Shown: piece after piece, positions 55,658 to 64,000 of the stretch
How the letters are laid out: each line of letters opens with the position of its first letter
How positions within the stretch are numbered: the stretch's first letter is position 1
IMG/VR virus record: IMGVR_UViG_3300046680_000412
Coordinates: 1 to 64,000 of that record
Length of the DNA stretch: 64,000 nt
Strand: one strand, 5' to 3'
Source of the DNA: a virus
Program-made: the position numbers and the translations under genes
Notes under the pieces: model-generated
Database searches by the model: none
What the model was told of the DNA's origin: nothing
The model's input: only the letters and a program-made list of their open reading frames with translations

Positions 55658-57516
55658 TTAGTATGCGAGCCGAGAACTTTGCCGGCTTCGTCGAGTTCGA
55701 TATGGATCTCGGCAAGCAGGGGCTTGTCTTCGTCATCGGCGACAACCGCGACACCGAGGCCGCGACTTCGAACGGCGCATGCAAGTCAGGTTTGTTCAAG
55801 GCGCTCGGCTGGTGTCTGTACGGTGAAGCGATCGACGGCGAGCCAGGTGACCGCGTGATTCATCGCGGCGCCAAGAGCGCGCGCGTGGTCGTGAACTTGA
55901 TGGACGGCGAAGACGCCTACAGCATTGTGCGCGAGCGCTGGAAGCAGAGTCCGAAACTGTATCTCGAAAAAAACGGCGAAGCCGTGACGGCGGCGAAGGC
56001 CGACTTGCAACGCGCGATCAACGCGCTGATCGGTGTGGACTGGGAAGGCTTTCGCAACACCGTTTTGTACGGCCAAGGCGATCGCGATCGCTTCGTCTAT
56101 CCCACGACCAAAGACGCGGAGCGCAAGGGCATCCTGCATCGCATGCTGGGCACAGGTGTGTTTGAGCTGTGCCACGTCGAGGCCAAGCGGCGGCGACTGG
56201 CGATCGACAAGGAGCTCGATCTTGCGCGCGCCAACGTCGAACGTCTGACGCAGCGCATCGACGATCACGATTTGGACGCGCTCTACAAGCGCAAGGAGGG
56301 CCATGCCGACGACGTGGCCGAGCGCGTGCGCGAGCTCACGACAGCGGCCCGGGAGCTTGCGGAGTCTGCAAAGTTAGCCGGGGCCACGATCGATGCGCCA
56401 GCGCTCCGAAGCGAGCTCTCTGAGCTCGACGGCAAGCTTGCGACGGGCCGCACGGCGCGGACTGAAGCCGTGACGGCGCGCGGGGCGGCGAGGGATCAGG
56501 TCAAGGCGGATTCGCAGCACAAGGCCAACCTGACAGCCGAGCTGCGCGCACACACGGCTGCACTGACACAGCTCAAGGGCGAGCGGTGCCCGGTTTGCAC
56601 GGGCGATCTGTCCAAGGGGCACGCCAAGGAGCACAGGGCCGAGCTCTTGGCGCGTGGCGAGGCGCTTGCGGTCGAGCTGCAGGAGGCCGGACGGCGCGAG
56701 CAGGAGGCGCTACGGGCGGAGCGCGGAGCCGAGCGGGCACTCGTCGAGCTCGATGAGCAACAGAGGCGCCTCGGGGAACGTCGCGCGCGCGCCAAGGCGC
56801 AGCTGGATGCGCTCGACACGGCGAAGGAGCGCGTGCGCGAGCTCGCCGCGCGTAGTCGAGAGAAGGCAGAAGAAGCGCGTGTGATCCGGGATGCGCCCAA
56901 CCCGCACCTTGCGCCCTACATGCAGGCGCGAAAGAAGGTTCGGGCGCTGAAGTCAGAGCGCAAGGCCGCGCGCGCGTCGCTCAAGACGTTGGCCGGTGAG
57001 CTCGAACTTTTGACATTTTGGGTGCGCGGCTTCGGGCCGACCGGTATACCTTCGTTCGCGCTCGACGCGGTCATGCCTCTGTTGACCGATCGGGCCAATC
57101 ACTACTTGATGACGCTGGCGTGCGGCGACATATCGATCCACTTCAGCACGCAACGCGAGCTGAAGGGCGGCGAGATGCGCGACGAAATCGGCATCTCTTG
57201 GACGATCGAGGGCATCGAAAACTACCCTCCGAGCGGCGGCCAGTGGAAGAAGATGGAGATCGCCACGAACTTCGCACTGATGGACCTGGTCCGGACGCGT
57301 GAGGGCTCGCACGTGAACATCCTGTGCTTGGACGAATGTCTCGACGGGCTCGACTCCGAGGGGCGCCAGCGCGTGGTTGATCTGCTGCAATCGCTGCGCA
57401 AGGAGCGCGAAAGCATCTTTCTGATCTCGCACGATCCTGATTTGGCAGAGACGTTCGAGCGCACACTGATCGTGGTCAAAGAAAACGGCGTGTCGAGGTT
57501 GGAGCGAGCCATGTGA
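55645..57516 (+). CDS. SbcC/Rad50-like ABC ATPase
   Basis: NGACKS Walker A, GQG Q-loop, coiled coil with CPVC zinc hook, PSGGQ signature, LDECLDGLD, LISH. Confidence 0.92.
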   Translation: MARLVSMRAENFAGFVEFDMDLGKQGLVFVIGDNRDTEAATSNGACKSGLFKALGWCLYGEAIDGEPGDRVIHRGAKSARVVVNLMDGEDAYSIVRERWKQSPKLYLEKNGEAVTAAKADLQRAINALIGVDWEGFRNTVLYGQGDRDRFVYPTTKDAERKGILHRMLGTGVFELCHVEAKRRRLAIDKELDLARANVERLTQRIDDHDLDALYKRKEGHADDVAERVRELTTAARELAESAKLAGATIDAPALRSELSELDGKLATGRTARTEAVTARGAARDQVKADSQHKANLTAELRAHTAALTQLKGERCPVCTGDLSKGHAKEHRAELLARGEALAVELQEAGRREQEALRAERGAERALVELDEQQRRLGERRARAKAQLDALDTAKERVRELAARSREKAEEARVIRDAPNPHLAPYMQARKKVRALKSERKAARASLKTLAGELELLTFWVRGFGPTGIPSFALDAVMPLLTDRANHYLMTLACGDISIHFSTQRELKGGEMRDEIGISWTIEGIENYPPSGGQWKKMEIATNFALMDLVRTREGSHVNILCLDECLDGLDSEGRQRVVDLLQSLRKERESIFLISHDPDLAETFERTLIVVKENGVSRLERAM

Positions 57517-57563
57517 GGGCCACGAATGGATGAAATCTGCGAAGCGCCAAAGGATGGTGTGGC

Positions 57564-58382
57564 GTGAAAAACATACGCGTGCAGGGCTGGGATATCAGTT
57601 TGAACCACGGCGCGGTCGTGGAGCTCTGCAACGGCAAGCTCGACGGCTATTGGTTCTACAGCGACAAAGCGGGCAGCGTCGCGCGCAGTCGGAAGCACGG
57701 CGAGCGCGTGGAGCTGCCAACGCCTACGCGCATGCCTGACAAGCACGTGCGTTCCATCGTCCGGCTCGATTGGGTGAGTCGTTGGATCGAGCGCGTGGCA
57801 CTTGCGAACCCGCCCGGCTACGTCGCGCTCGAAGACTACGCGATCGGCGCAGATCAGGGCGCTCACTACTTGGGCGAAATCGGCGGGCAAGCGCGGCGCC
57901 TGATGTGGACGCACGGCGTGCGCTACCGCTTGCATGATCCAATCGCGGTGAAATTGTTTGTCGCACATGACGCCACTGCACAGAAGGACCTGATCGAGCG
58001 CATGGTGTCTGATCGTTGGGGCGCGGATTTCAGCCATTGCAACGCCAACGCCAAGCGCACGGGCCGCGGCAAGGAGTCGCGGCAAACATCCGAGGACTTG
58101 GCCGACGCATTTGGGCTCGCGCAAATGGCGTGGGCTGAATACCGGTTGCGTAAGGGCCACGTCCACCTGTCATCACTGCATGAGAAAGAAATTCAGGTGT
58201 TCAATCGTGCGACGAAAGCGTTTCCGATCAACGTGCTCGGTCGCGAGTGGATTCGCAATCCGAGCGCGGCGCCTAGTCGATCGAGGTTGTGCGTCAATGG
58301 GCGATGCGTAGTTAGTTTGCTCGACGCGAAAAAACTTCTAAGCGACCGAACGATCGTTGCGCTATCTAAGGTTGCGCGCTGA
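57564..58382 (+). CDS. RuvC-like Holliday junction resolvase
   Basis: GWDISLNHGAVV, VALEDYA, P..VK.FV....A.K, DLADAF.LA. Confidence 0.78.
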   Translation: MKNIRVQGWDISLNHGAVVELCNGKLDGYWFYSDKAGSVARSRKHGERVELPTPTRMPDKHVRSIVRLDWVSRWIERVALANPPGYVALEDYAIGADQGAHYLGEIGGQARRLMWTHGVRYRLHDPIAVKLFVAHDATAQKDLIERMVSDRWGADFSHCNANAKRTGRGKESRQTSEDLADAFGLAQMAWAEYRLRKGHVHLSSLHEKEIQVFNRATKAFPINVLGREWIRNPSAAPSRSRLCVNGRCVVSLLDAKKLLSDRTIVALSKVAR

Positions 58383-58431
58383 AGCGAACAGACAAAGAAG
58401 TTTTTGAAGTGCATGAACGCGACGAGTCAAA

Positions 58432-58650
58432 ATGCAAAAGTCCAAGCCAGCAACGGCCGCGCCTAAGCCGCAAACGAAGCACGAAGAGTGGGTTCAGGAC
58501 ATTCGTGGCGCGGACGGCGCGATCGGCGGAATCAAGCTCAATGAGTACGAGCAAGAATTCATGGACAGCGTCGAGGGCCGACTCGAAGCGGGCCGGTCGC
58601 TGACGCCAGCACAGGCCGAGTTGCTCGAAAAAATCTGGGATCGAATCTGA
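58432..58650 (+). CDS. small hypothetical protein
   Basis: LNEYEQEFMDSV.......LTPAQ..LLEKIW, a pattern common in small phage proteins. Confidence 0.65.
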   Translation: MQKSKPATAAPKPQTKHEEWVQDIRGADGAIGGIKLNEYEQEFMDSVEGRLEAGRSLTPAQAELLEKIWDRI

Positions 58651-59610
58651 ATGCCCCATGATGAAAAAGCTCTGTCTCGCGATCTTCCGCGAGTCACGAT
58701 CGTCGACGGCAAGAACTTGCTGTGGCGCAACGCCGATGCATTCAGCGAGTTGACCGCGCACGTCGACGGTGAAGAGCTGCGAACGGGCGGCATGTACGGA
58801 TTCGTTGCCGGGCTCTTGCGCATTCGCTCGCGCTACCGCGCGCCCATCATCGTGGCATGGGAAGGCACCGACAATTTTCGCTTCAAGCTGTGGCCGGACT
58901 ACAAGCGCAAGCGCGTCGAAGACGCTACGCCAGCGCAAGAAGAGCTGGCGCGTGAAGTCGTGGCGAGCGAGGGCCGGCTCAACGAGCTTCTGTCGCACGC
59001 GGGCGTGCGACAGTACTACGGGATCGAGTGCGAGGCCGACGACGTGATCGCGACTTTGGCTGCGACGCTGCAGCGCAAGGGTATCGGAGTCACGATCTAC
59101 ACGGGCGACTCCGACTTGCGACAACTCGCGGGCACGGGCGTCACGATCATGGCGCCCGGCTACGGCGGCGCGGGCGACACGCTCTACGACTATGACGCCG
59201 TGGTCAAGCGCTACGGCGTGCGGCCGCGGCAGTTGCCGGCGTTCAAGGCGTTGGCGGGCGACACCAGCGACGGCATCCCGGGCTTGCCGGGCATCGGCGA
59301 GAAGACCGCGTCTGTGCTGATCGAAAGGTTCGGTCATCTGAACGGTGTGATTTCGTGCGCGCGTTCGTCGCCGACTTCGCCGTCGGGCGAGCTCTGGCCG
59401 GTGGCTGATCGCTTTCGTGACGTCGTCAAGCAAGGCGCGGACAAGGCGAGGCTGTTTTTGCAGCTCACCACGGTCAAGTCCGACGTGCGCGTCAAGCCGG
59501 TTCCGCGCGCCACCGATCGCGACGAAGTGATGCGCCTGCTCAAGGCGTACAAGTTTCGCAGTCTGTCGAGCGCGGCCGAGCTCTTGGACATCATGAGGCT
59601 TGGCCAGTGA
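58651..59610 (+). CDS. 5'-3' exonuclease/flap endonuclease (PolI N-terminal-like)
   Basis: IVDGKNLLWR, FR..L.PDYK..R, EADDVIATL, TGDSDLRQL, ALAGD.SDGIPG.PGIGEKTA. Confidence 0.93.
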   Translation: MPHDEKALSRDLPRVTIVDGKNLLWRNADAFSELTAHVDGEELRTGGMYGFVAGLLRIRSRYRAPIIVAWEGTDNFRFKLWPDYKRKRVEDATPAQEELAREVVASEGRLNELLSHAGVRQYYGIECEADDVIATLAATLQRKGIGVTIYTGDSDLRQLAGTGVTIMAPGYGGAGDTLYDYDAVVKRYGVRPRQLPAFKALAGDTSDGIPGLPGIGEKTASVLIERFGHLNGVISCARSSPTSPSGELWPVADRFRDVVKQGADKARLFLQLTTVKSDVRVKPVPRATDRDEVMRLLKAYKFRSLSSAAELLDIMRLGQ

Positions 59611-60245
59611 GCGAAGAAGCGGAGGTCTCGCTCGACGCTCAGCGCCAGCTCGCTCAGCTGGCGCTGTCGTGGGCTGGCTGCACGAGTTGCGGGCTGTGCA
59701 CGATGCGATCGCGCGTGGTGTTCCATCGCGGCAATCCGAGCGGTTCGATCGCCATCGTGGGCGATGCGCCCGGTCGTGAAGAAGACGCGCGCGGTCTGCC
59801 GTTTGTTGGGCCGGCCGGCAAACTGCTCGACGAGATGCTGGCTGCTGCGAAAGTGTCTTTCGACGACGTGTGCTATCTGAATCTCATCGGTTGCCGGACG
59901 CCCTACGATCGCGCTCCGAACCGCGAAGAGATTGGTCCGTGCTTGGCGCGTACGTTAGGCATGTTGCGCGCGATCGATCCGGCTGTCGTGATTATGCTCG
60001 GGCTCACCGCGGCGAATACGCTGGCGCATGTGACCTCGGTGGGTCCGTGGCGCGGCATGCCGGTTGAAGTGGAGCTCGATCGGGGCCGCTCGTGTCGCGG
60101 GATCGTGACCTATCACCCGCGGTTTTTGTTGCAGCACTCCGGGCACCGTTTGGCGGCGTTGCGGCGCAACATGCTCTCTGATCTCAAAGTCGCGCGGGCG
60201 CTGGCTTCGACACGAAAGGATTCACGTGACCTACTCGGACACTGA
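59607..60245 (+). CDS. family 4 uracil-DNA glycosylase (Fe-S)
   Basis: CTSC.LC..R..VVF.RGN, VGDAPG.EED..G.PFVG.AG.LL, CR.P..R.P...E...C, TYHP. Confidence 0.9.
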   Translation: MSEEAEVSLDAQRQLAQLALSWAGCTSCGLCTMRSRVVFHRGNPSGSIAIVGDAPGREEDARGLPFVGPAGKLLDEMLAAAKVSFDDVCYLNLIGCRTPYDRAPNREEIGPCLARTLGMLRAIDPAVVIMLGLTAANTLAHVTSVGPWRGMPVEVELDRGRSCRGIVTYHPRFLLQHSGHRLAALRRNMLSDLKVARALASTRKDSRDLLGH

Positions 60246-60795
60246 CATCATGGAAGCGCTCAGGCGCGGCGACGCGTGCGACCGCTGCGACAACTGGATT
60301 CGCGTGATCCCGTTCGATGTGAGCCGGCTTCAGCCTGCGTCGATCGATCTGCGATTGGGTACCGAGTTTGTGTGCTTTCGCGCGTCTGAGTTTATCGACA
60401 TGGCCGATCGTCTGGTCCCGAGCTACCCGGTAGACATCGGCACGGGGCGGGACAGCTATTTCGAATTGAAACCTGGACAGCTCGCGCTCGGAACAACCGT
60501 CGAGCGCATCCACTTGGCGCCGCGCGTGTGGGCGAGCATCGAGGGCAAAAGCAGCATGGGCCGCATGGGCCTGGCCGTGCACGTGACCGCGGGCTTCATC
60601 GATCCAGGGTTCTACGGACAGATCACGCTCGAACTTCTGAACGTGGGGCCAAGCCCGATTCGACTGCGCCCGGGGCTGGCCATTTGTCAGGTCGCATTCG
60701 GTGAATGCGGGACGCGCGCGCTGCGACCGTACGGTTCTCCCGGGCTCGGCAGTCGCTATCAGAATCAGGCCGGCGCAGTGCCGGTGAAGCCGTGA
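60226..60795 (+). CDS. dcd: dCTP deaminase
   Basis: LQPASIDLRLG, LGTTVE, EGKSSMGRMGL.VHVTAGFIDPGFYGQITLEL.N, ICQ, RYQNQ.G. Confidence 0.95.
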   Translation: MTYSDTDIMEALRRGDACDRCDNWIRVIPFDVSRLQPASIDLRLGTEFVCFRASEFIDMADRLVPSYPVDIGTGRDSYFELKPGQLALGTTVERIHLAPRVWASIEGKSSMGRMGLAVHVTAGFIDPGFYGQITLELLNVGPSPIRLRPGLAICQVAFGECGTRALRPYGSPGLGSRYQNQAGAVPVKP

Positions 60796-61037
60796 CGGGG
60801 CGAGGCTGGATTCGTTTTACAAGCTCGCCGTTCATGAACGCGGGCGAACGCGGTGAGTTCAAACGATTGCGGGCGGGCGGCGCAGTGACAGTGTTCGGAG
60901 TGCGAGAGTGCGCGGCAGGCGGTTGTCAAAACGAAGTGCCGCACGGCGCGAAGCTGTATTGCAGTGAGGCGTGTTGGCGTAAGGAAGAAGGGCCCAATGA
61001 AGAAGAAAAAGAAGACGCGGCCGGGACAGTGGATTGA
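60792..61037 (+). CDS. small zinc-finger protein (C-x4-C...YCS..C)
   Basis: GTGA overlap with dcd; ECAAGGC...KLYCSEAC. Confidence 0.55.
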   Translation: MTGRGWIRFTSSPFMNAGERGEFKRLRAGGAVTVFGVRECAAGGCQNEVPHGAKLYCSEACWRKEEGPNEEEKEDAAGTVD

Positions 61038-61239
61038 CGACGTGACGGCCGCGATTGGTCACCACGTGCATTTGGAGACGGGCGACGGCGTTGTGCGCGA
61101 AGGCCGTTTCACTGGGCTTGCGTGTCGCGAAATCGAGATCAACGGACAGGTGCGCGAGGTGCCGTCGCGCGTCGAGCTCAACGGCGATCCGAGCGACTAC
61201 GTGGATTTTCCGCTGATTGTGCGCATGAACATCGATTGA
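60997..61239 (+). CDS. small beta-rich hypothetical protein (possibly Sm/SH3-like)
   Basis: IGHHVHLETGDGVVREGRFTG pattern. Confidence 0.55.
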   Translation: MKKKKKTRPGQWIDDVTAAIGHHVHLETGDGVVREGRFTGLACREIEINGQVREVPSRVELNGDPSDYVDFPLIVRMNID

Positions 61240-61255
61240 AGGAAAAGCGAGGGCC

Positions 61256-61639
61256 ATGTCGAAACTTCGTGATGCAGTTTCCAAGACCCATCTGCAGCGT
61301 CTTGTGCAAGACGTCGAGCCATCGGGTCGACCGTTGTCCCGTGGGCAACGGCGTCGTGCACGTGTGGGCGCAGTGTCGCCGCTCGGCAGTCACGTGGCGG
61401 CCAACGAAAACGGCGCGCTCAAGGCACCGACCGGCGAGCCGGGGCCGATTCGGGAGGCGCGTGCGCGGCTGCGCTCGATGATTGCGCAAGCCACCCAAGA
61501 TGCGCCGCGGAGCTCGATCGGGATCGTGCTGGCGATCGTGAATCAGGAGACCGGTAACCATACAGCTGCGAACGCGCTGATCGACGAATACGGGCTAGAG
61601 CGGCTTTTTGGCATCAAAAAGTTCAGCATAAATAGTTGA
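61256..61639 (+). CDS. hypothetical protein
   Basis: ATG after GAGG; 127 aa. Confidence 0.6.
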   Translation: MSKLRDAVSKTHLQRLVQDVEPSGRPLSRGQRRRARVGAVSPLGSHVAANENGALKAPTGEPGPIREARARLRSMIAQATQDAPRSSIGIVLAIVNQETGNHTAANALIDEYGLERLFGIKKFSINS

Positions 61640-61663
61640 CACGTTGAAGCGAAGCGCTAGAGT
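61636..61663 (+). promoter_or_regulatory. sigma70-like promoter
   Basis: TTGACA (61636-41), 16-bp spacer containing CGTTGAAGCG, TAGAGT (61658-63); AAGGA RBS and ATG 61683 follow. Confidence 0.7.
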
Positions 61664-61682
61664 TGAGCAAGGAAGTAACGGT

Positions 61683-62645
61683 ATGAAGATTCAACATAGC
61701 TATCTGATGTGGGTGGGCGCCGAACAGTACGACACCATTCGCGATTATGTGCAGGAAGTGCGCGAGTTGGGCGTATCGAAGCGTCTTCCGGGCATCGGCA
61801 TGGCGAACGCGCTGGCGGAGCCCGGTTCGATCGTGTTCGTCGCACACGATGACGGCGAGGCCTACAGCTGCGACGTGTGCCTAGGGCAGGTCGAGTGCTC
61901 GGAGTGCCGCATCGGTGAGCAGAAGATCGCCAAGTGGAAGCGTGAGGCCGAGGCGGTGCGTAAGCGCTACGCCAACGACGACGAAGTGCCGCGCGGCAAA
62001 GAGCGCATCGTCGAGATTCGCGAGGCGCGAATCGCCAAGGTACGTGAGGCCATGGCGCAGTGTGAGCTTTGCGGCGGCGACGGTAAGTACGAGTGCGGCA
62101 CGGGCGGCCATGTGGTGCGCAAAGATGGTTCGAAGATGGACTATCGCGCATACAACTACTGGATGCGCCAGCCGGCGAAGTTCGACGACAGCGAGATCGC
62201 CTCGCGTCACATGTGCGCAGAGTGTAGCGGCACGGGCAAGAAGCCGGCCGCGGTCGTGTTCGGTGCGTTCGTGCCTACGATCGAGGTCGTGGTCAGCGGG
62301 CGCGAAATCGATGTGGTCAAAGAGAAGATCGCGGACTTCGATCAAGTCAGCTTGTCCAAGGTCGCCAAGGAGGCCGAGCGGCGGCCGAGCAAGCGTCGAG
62401 CGCTCGAACTGAGCAAGCGCCAGCCCGGCTACTACGCCGTGGCGGGTGCGGGCAAGGCGAGCAAGCGTGCGCAGTCGGTGGCGATGGCCTTGACGGCGGC
62501 GCGTGCGGTGAAGGGCGAGATCGAAGTGATCGGCGACGTCGTGCTGTTCTCGAAGCCGGTCAAGGTCGACGAAAAGCGCTTTCGCGGTGTGAAACGATTC
62601 GGGCTTTTGCCGGTCGAAGAAATTCGCGCAGAAATGAGCGCCTGA
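61683..62645 (+). CDS. hypothetical protein with DnaJ-type CxxCxGxG zinc motifs
   Basis: CDVCLG, CSEC, CELCGGDG and CAECSGTG around a coiled-coil insert. Confidence 0.75.
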   Translation: MKIQHSYLMWVGAEQYDTIRDYVQEVRELGVSKRLPGIGMANALAEPGSIVFVAHDDGEAYSCDVCLGQVECSECRIGEQKIAKWKREAEAVRKRYANDDEVPRGKERIVEIREARIAKVREAMAQCELCGGDGKYECGTGGHVVRKDGSKMDYRAYNYWMRQPAKFDDSEIASRHMCAECSGTGKKPAAVVFGAFVPTIEVVVSGREIDVVKEKIADFDQVSLSKVAKEAERRPSKRRALELSKRQPGYYAVAGAGKASKRAQSVAMALTAARAVKGEIEVIGDVVLFSKPVKVDEKRFRGVKRFGLLPVEEIRAEMSA

Positions 62646-62654
62646 TAAAAGTTG

Positions 62655-62682
62655 TTGCGTTGAAGCGTGGCGCTGCTAGAGT
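62655..62682 (+). promoter_or_regulatory. sigma70-like promoter with extended -10
   Basis: TTGCGT (62655-60), 16-bp spacer, TGcTAGAGT (-10 at 62677-82); contains CGTTGAAGCG. Confidence 0.6.
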
Positions 62683-62688
62683 CTGAGC

Positions 62689-62937
62689 ATGTCGTTGCAA
62701 CCAAAGTCGCTTGCCGCCAGCGCATCCATCAGTCAGTCGGTGGCGAGTGGCCAGCCCGTGAACTTGGTCGATTGGGCGCTGGCCAAGTTTGGCGACACGC
62801 GCGGCAACGCGATCGCGGAGCTCACTCGGCTGGCGACGAAGGTCGAAGCGCACGGGCAGCATACGGTGTTTTCTGGCCGCAAGGGCCGGCGCAACTGGCG
62901 CGTGCGTGTGTTGACGTCGGAGGCAGCATGTCAGTGA
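62689..62937 (+). CDS. hypothetical protein (possibly leaderless mRNA)
   Basis: ATG begins 7 nt after the last base of the -10 box, with no room for an RBS. Confidence 0.55.
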   Translation: MSLQPKSLAASASISQSVASGQPVNLVDWALAKFGDTRGNAIAELTRLATKVEAHGQHTVFSGRKGRRNWRVRVLTSEAACQ

Positions 62938-63410
62938 GCATCGTCGCGGATGTAGTCGCGGCACGTGTCGAGCGCACGGAGCCGTGTCTGTGTGCGCAGA
63001 TGGCGCCACTGTTCGGCGATCTGCTCCATGGCCAGAGTCAGGACTGGGAGAGCTTGCGCGAGCACGCTGACGCCGGGTGCGCGAACTGTGGCGGCTCAGG
63101 CGTCGAGTGCGTTTCGCTCGACGGGCGGCCGCAAGTGAATTTTTCAAACGGGAACGCGGCGATCATCTTCCGTGCGCTCGGGATCGACATGAGTGCGGGC
63201 TACGGCGACATGGAGCTCGCGACACTGCGCCGGGGCCTGATTCGCGCGCGCAACGTGGCCGTGCCAGAGACGCTACGCGCCAGCGACGAGTCCGAGCGGG
63301 TGCACGTGGCCGGCTACTCGCGCGGTGACTTGTTGCGGGCGCTGGCGCGGTTAGATGAGCTTGTCGCGGCCGCGCAGCAGCTGGGCGCGACACGATTGAC
63401 GTGGCACTAG
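62928..63410 (+). CDS. hypothetical protein with CxC...CxxCxGxG
   Basis: ATG 62928 after GGAGG; PCLC, CANCGGSG, VNFSNGNA..IFRALG. Confidence 0.7.
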   Translation: MSVSIVADVVAARVERTEPCLCAQMAPLFGDLLHGQSQDWESLREHADAGCANCGGSGVECVSLDGRPQVNFSNGNAAIIFRALGIDMSAGYGDMELATLRRGLIRARNVAVPETLRASDESERVHVAGYSRGDLLRALARLDELVAAAQQLGATRLTWH

Positions 63411-63436
63411 GGATCGACCCGGAGTGCAAAACCGGG

Positions 63437-63465
63437 TTGCGCGCGACGCGTCCTGTGATTAGGTT
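63437..63465 (+). promoter_or_regulatory. possible sigma70-like promoter
   Basis: TTGCGC, 17-bp spacer, TAGGTT, ahead of a GAGG RBS and ATG 63485. Confidence 0.4.
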
Positions 63466-63484
63466 TGGCGCGTGAGGCTAGACC

Positions 63485-63778
63485 ATGGAGCGCACCGAAG
63501 ATCTGATCCGCGCCCTTTTGGAGTCGTTCCACGCTCATGCGCGGCCGTGTAAGCTAGACACGGCCCGGGGCCGCGCCTGGCTGCAGGCTAGCCACGCGAT
63601 CGAGCTTGTCGCCTCGGAGTCGTTTGCTGACCTGACGGAGCCGCTGCGCGCCACGGTGCGGGCCTGCCGCGTCCTCGGCGTAGTCGAGCCGGTGGCGTAC
63701 GCCGCGGCGCTTGGCGGTGCGCTACGGCTCGACCTTGGGCCGGTTTTTGTCGACAGCGACTGCGACTGCGCAGCGTAG
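63485..63778 (+). CDS. hypothetical protein
   Basis: GAGG RBS; 97 aa. Confidence 0.55.
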   Translation: MERTEDLIRALLESFHAHARPCKLDTARGRAWLQASHAIELVASESFADLTEPLRATVRACRVLGVVEPVAYAAALGGALRLDLGPVFVDSDCDCAA

Positions 63779-63814
63779 GCGCCGCGCGCGCGTTACCTCG
63801 ATTGCATGAGCTCC

Positions 63815-64000
63815 ATGCTATCAACGGTGACATGTCGGGTCGTGCGAGTCGTCCAAGCAGTGCGAGGCGCCGTCGCCATGGCTCGCGTCGATGGCTCGCC
63901 GAAAGACGTTTTGGTGACGTTTCAGCTGCTCGACTCGCCGCACACCGAGGGCCTGACGGCGCGCAACGCGATTGCGATCGTCAAAAAGGCGCGCGTTCAC
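63815..64000 (+). CDS. 3'-truncated hypothetical protein
   Basis: Open frame MLSTVTCRVVRVVQAVRGAVAMARVDGSPKDVLVTFQLLDSP... runs off the window; start uncertain. Confidence 0.4.
   Translation, partial: MLSTVTCRVVRVVQAVRGAVAMARVDGSPKDVLVTFQLLDSPHTEGLTARNAIAIVKKARVH

Noticed and set aside
1-64000. tRNA/rRNA genes, integrase, att sites, terminal repeats
   Set aside because: None were recognised by eye, and the intergenic gaps are short. Lifestyle (temperate or lytic) cannot be decided from this window.

Overview
The window is a contiguous segment of a high-GC, contractile-tailed (myovirus-type) bacteriophage or prophage. Essentially all credible genes are on the + strand, many with overlapping stop/start codons. 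Capsid, portal, terminase and integrase genes are not in the window. Layout: (1) 1-8560, small unknown genes, a SAM-methyltransferase/GT2-glycosyltransferase/TPR fusion, a tail-collar-like protein, a tandem zinc-finger protein and a 1410-aa fibre-like protein with about 30-35 Ser/Thr/Asp-rich 20-aa repeats; (2) 8562-30651, neck, sheath, tube, a chaperone with a -1 frameshift, tape measure, baseplate and fibre/propeller proteins; (3) 30669-32803, a membrane/lysis-like cassette with no recognisable endolysin; (4) 32829-60795, an autonomous replication/recombination module (SF2 helicase, initiator-like gene carrying four 20-21 bp-spaced iteron-like repeats, DnaC-like loader, DnaB, DNA methyltransferase, primase, MoxR AAA+/VWA pair, sigma factor, flavoprotein, DnaE, HU, UvsY-like, SSB with a charge-block tail, RecA, SbcCD, RuvC-like, 5'-3' exonuclease, UDG, dCTP deaminase); (5) 60792-64000, small early-type genes, some with sigma70-like promoters sharing a CGTTGAAGCG box. 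The best candidate for an undescribed system is the glycosyl/methyl-transferase locus coupled to the repeat-bearing virion fibres. All calls come from motif recognition and synteny by eye. No database searches were run, and the host cannot be determined.
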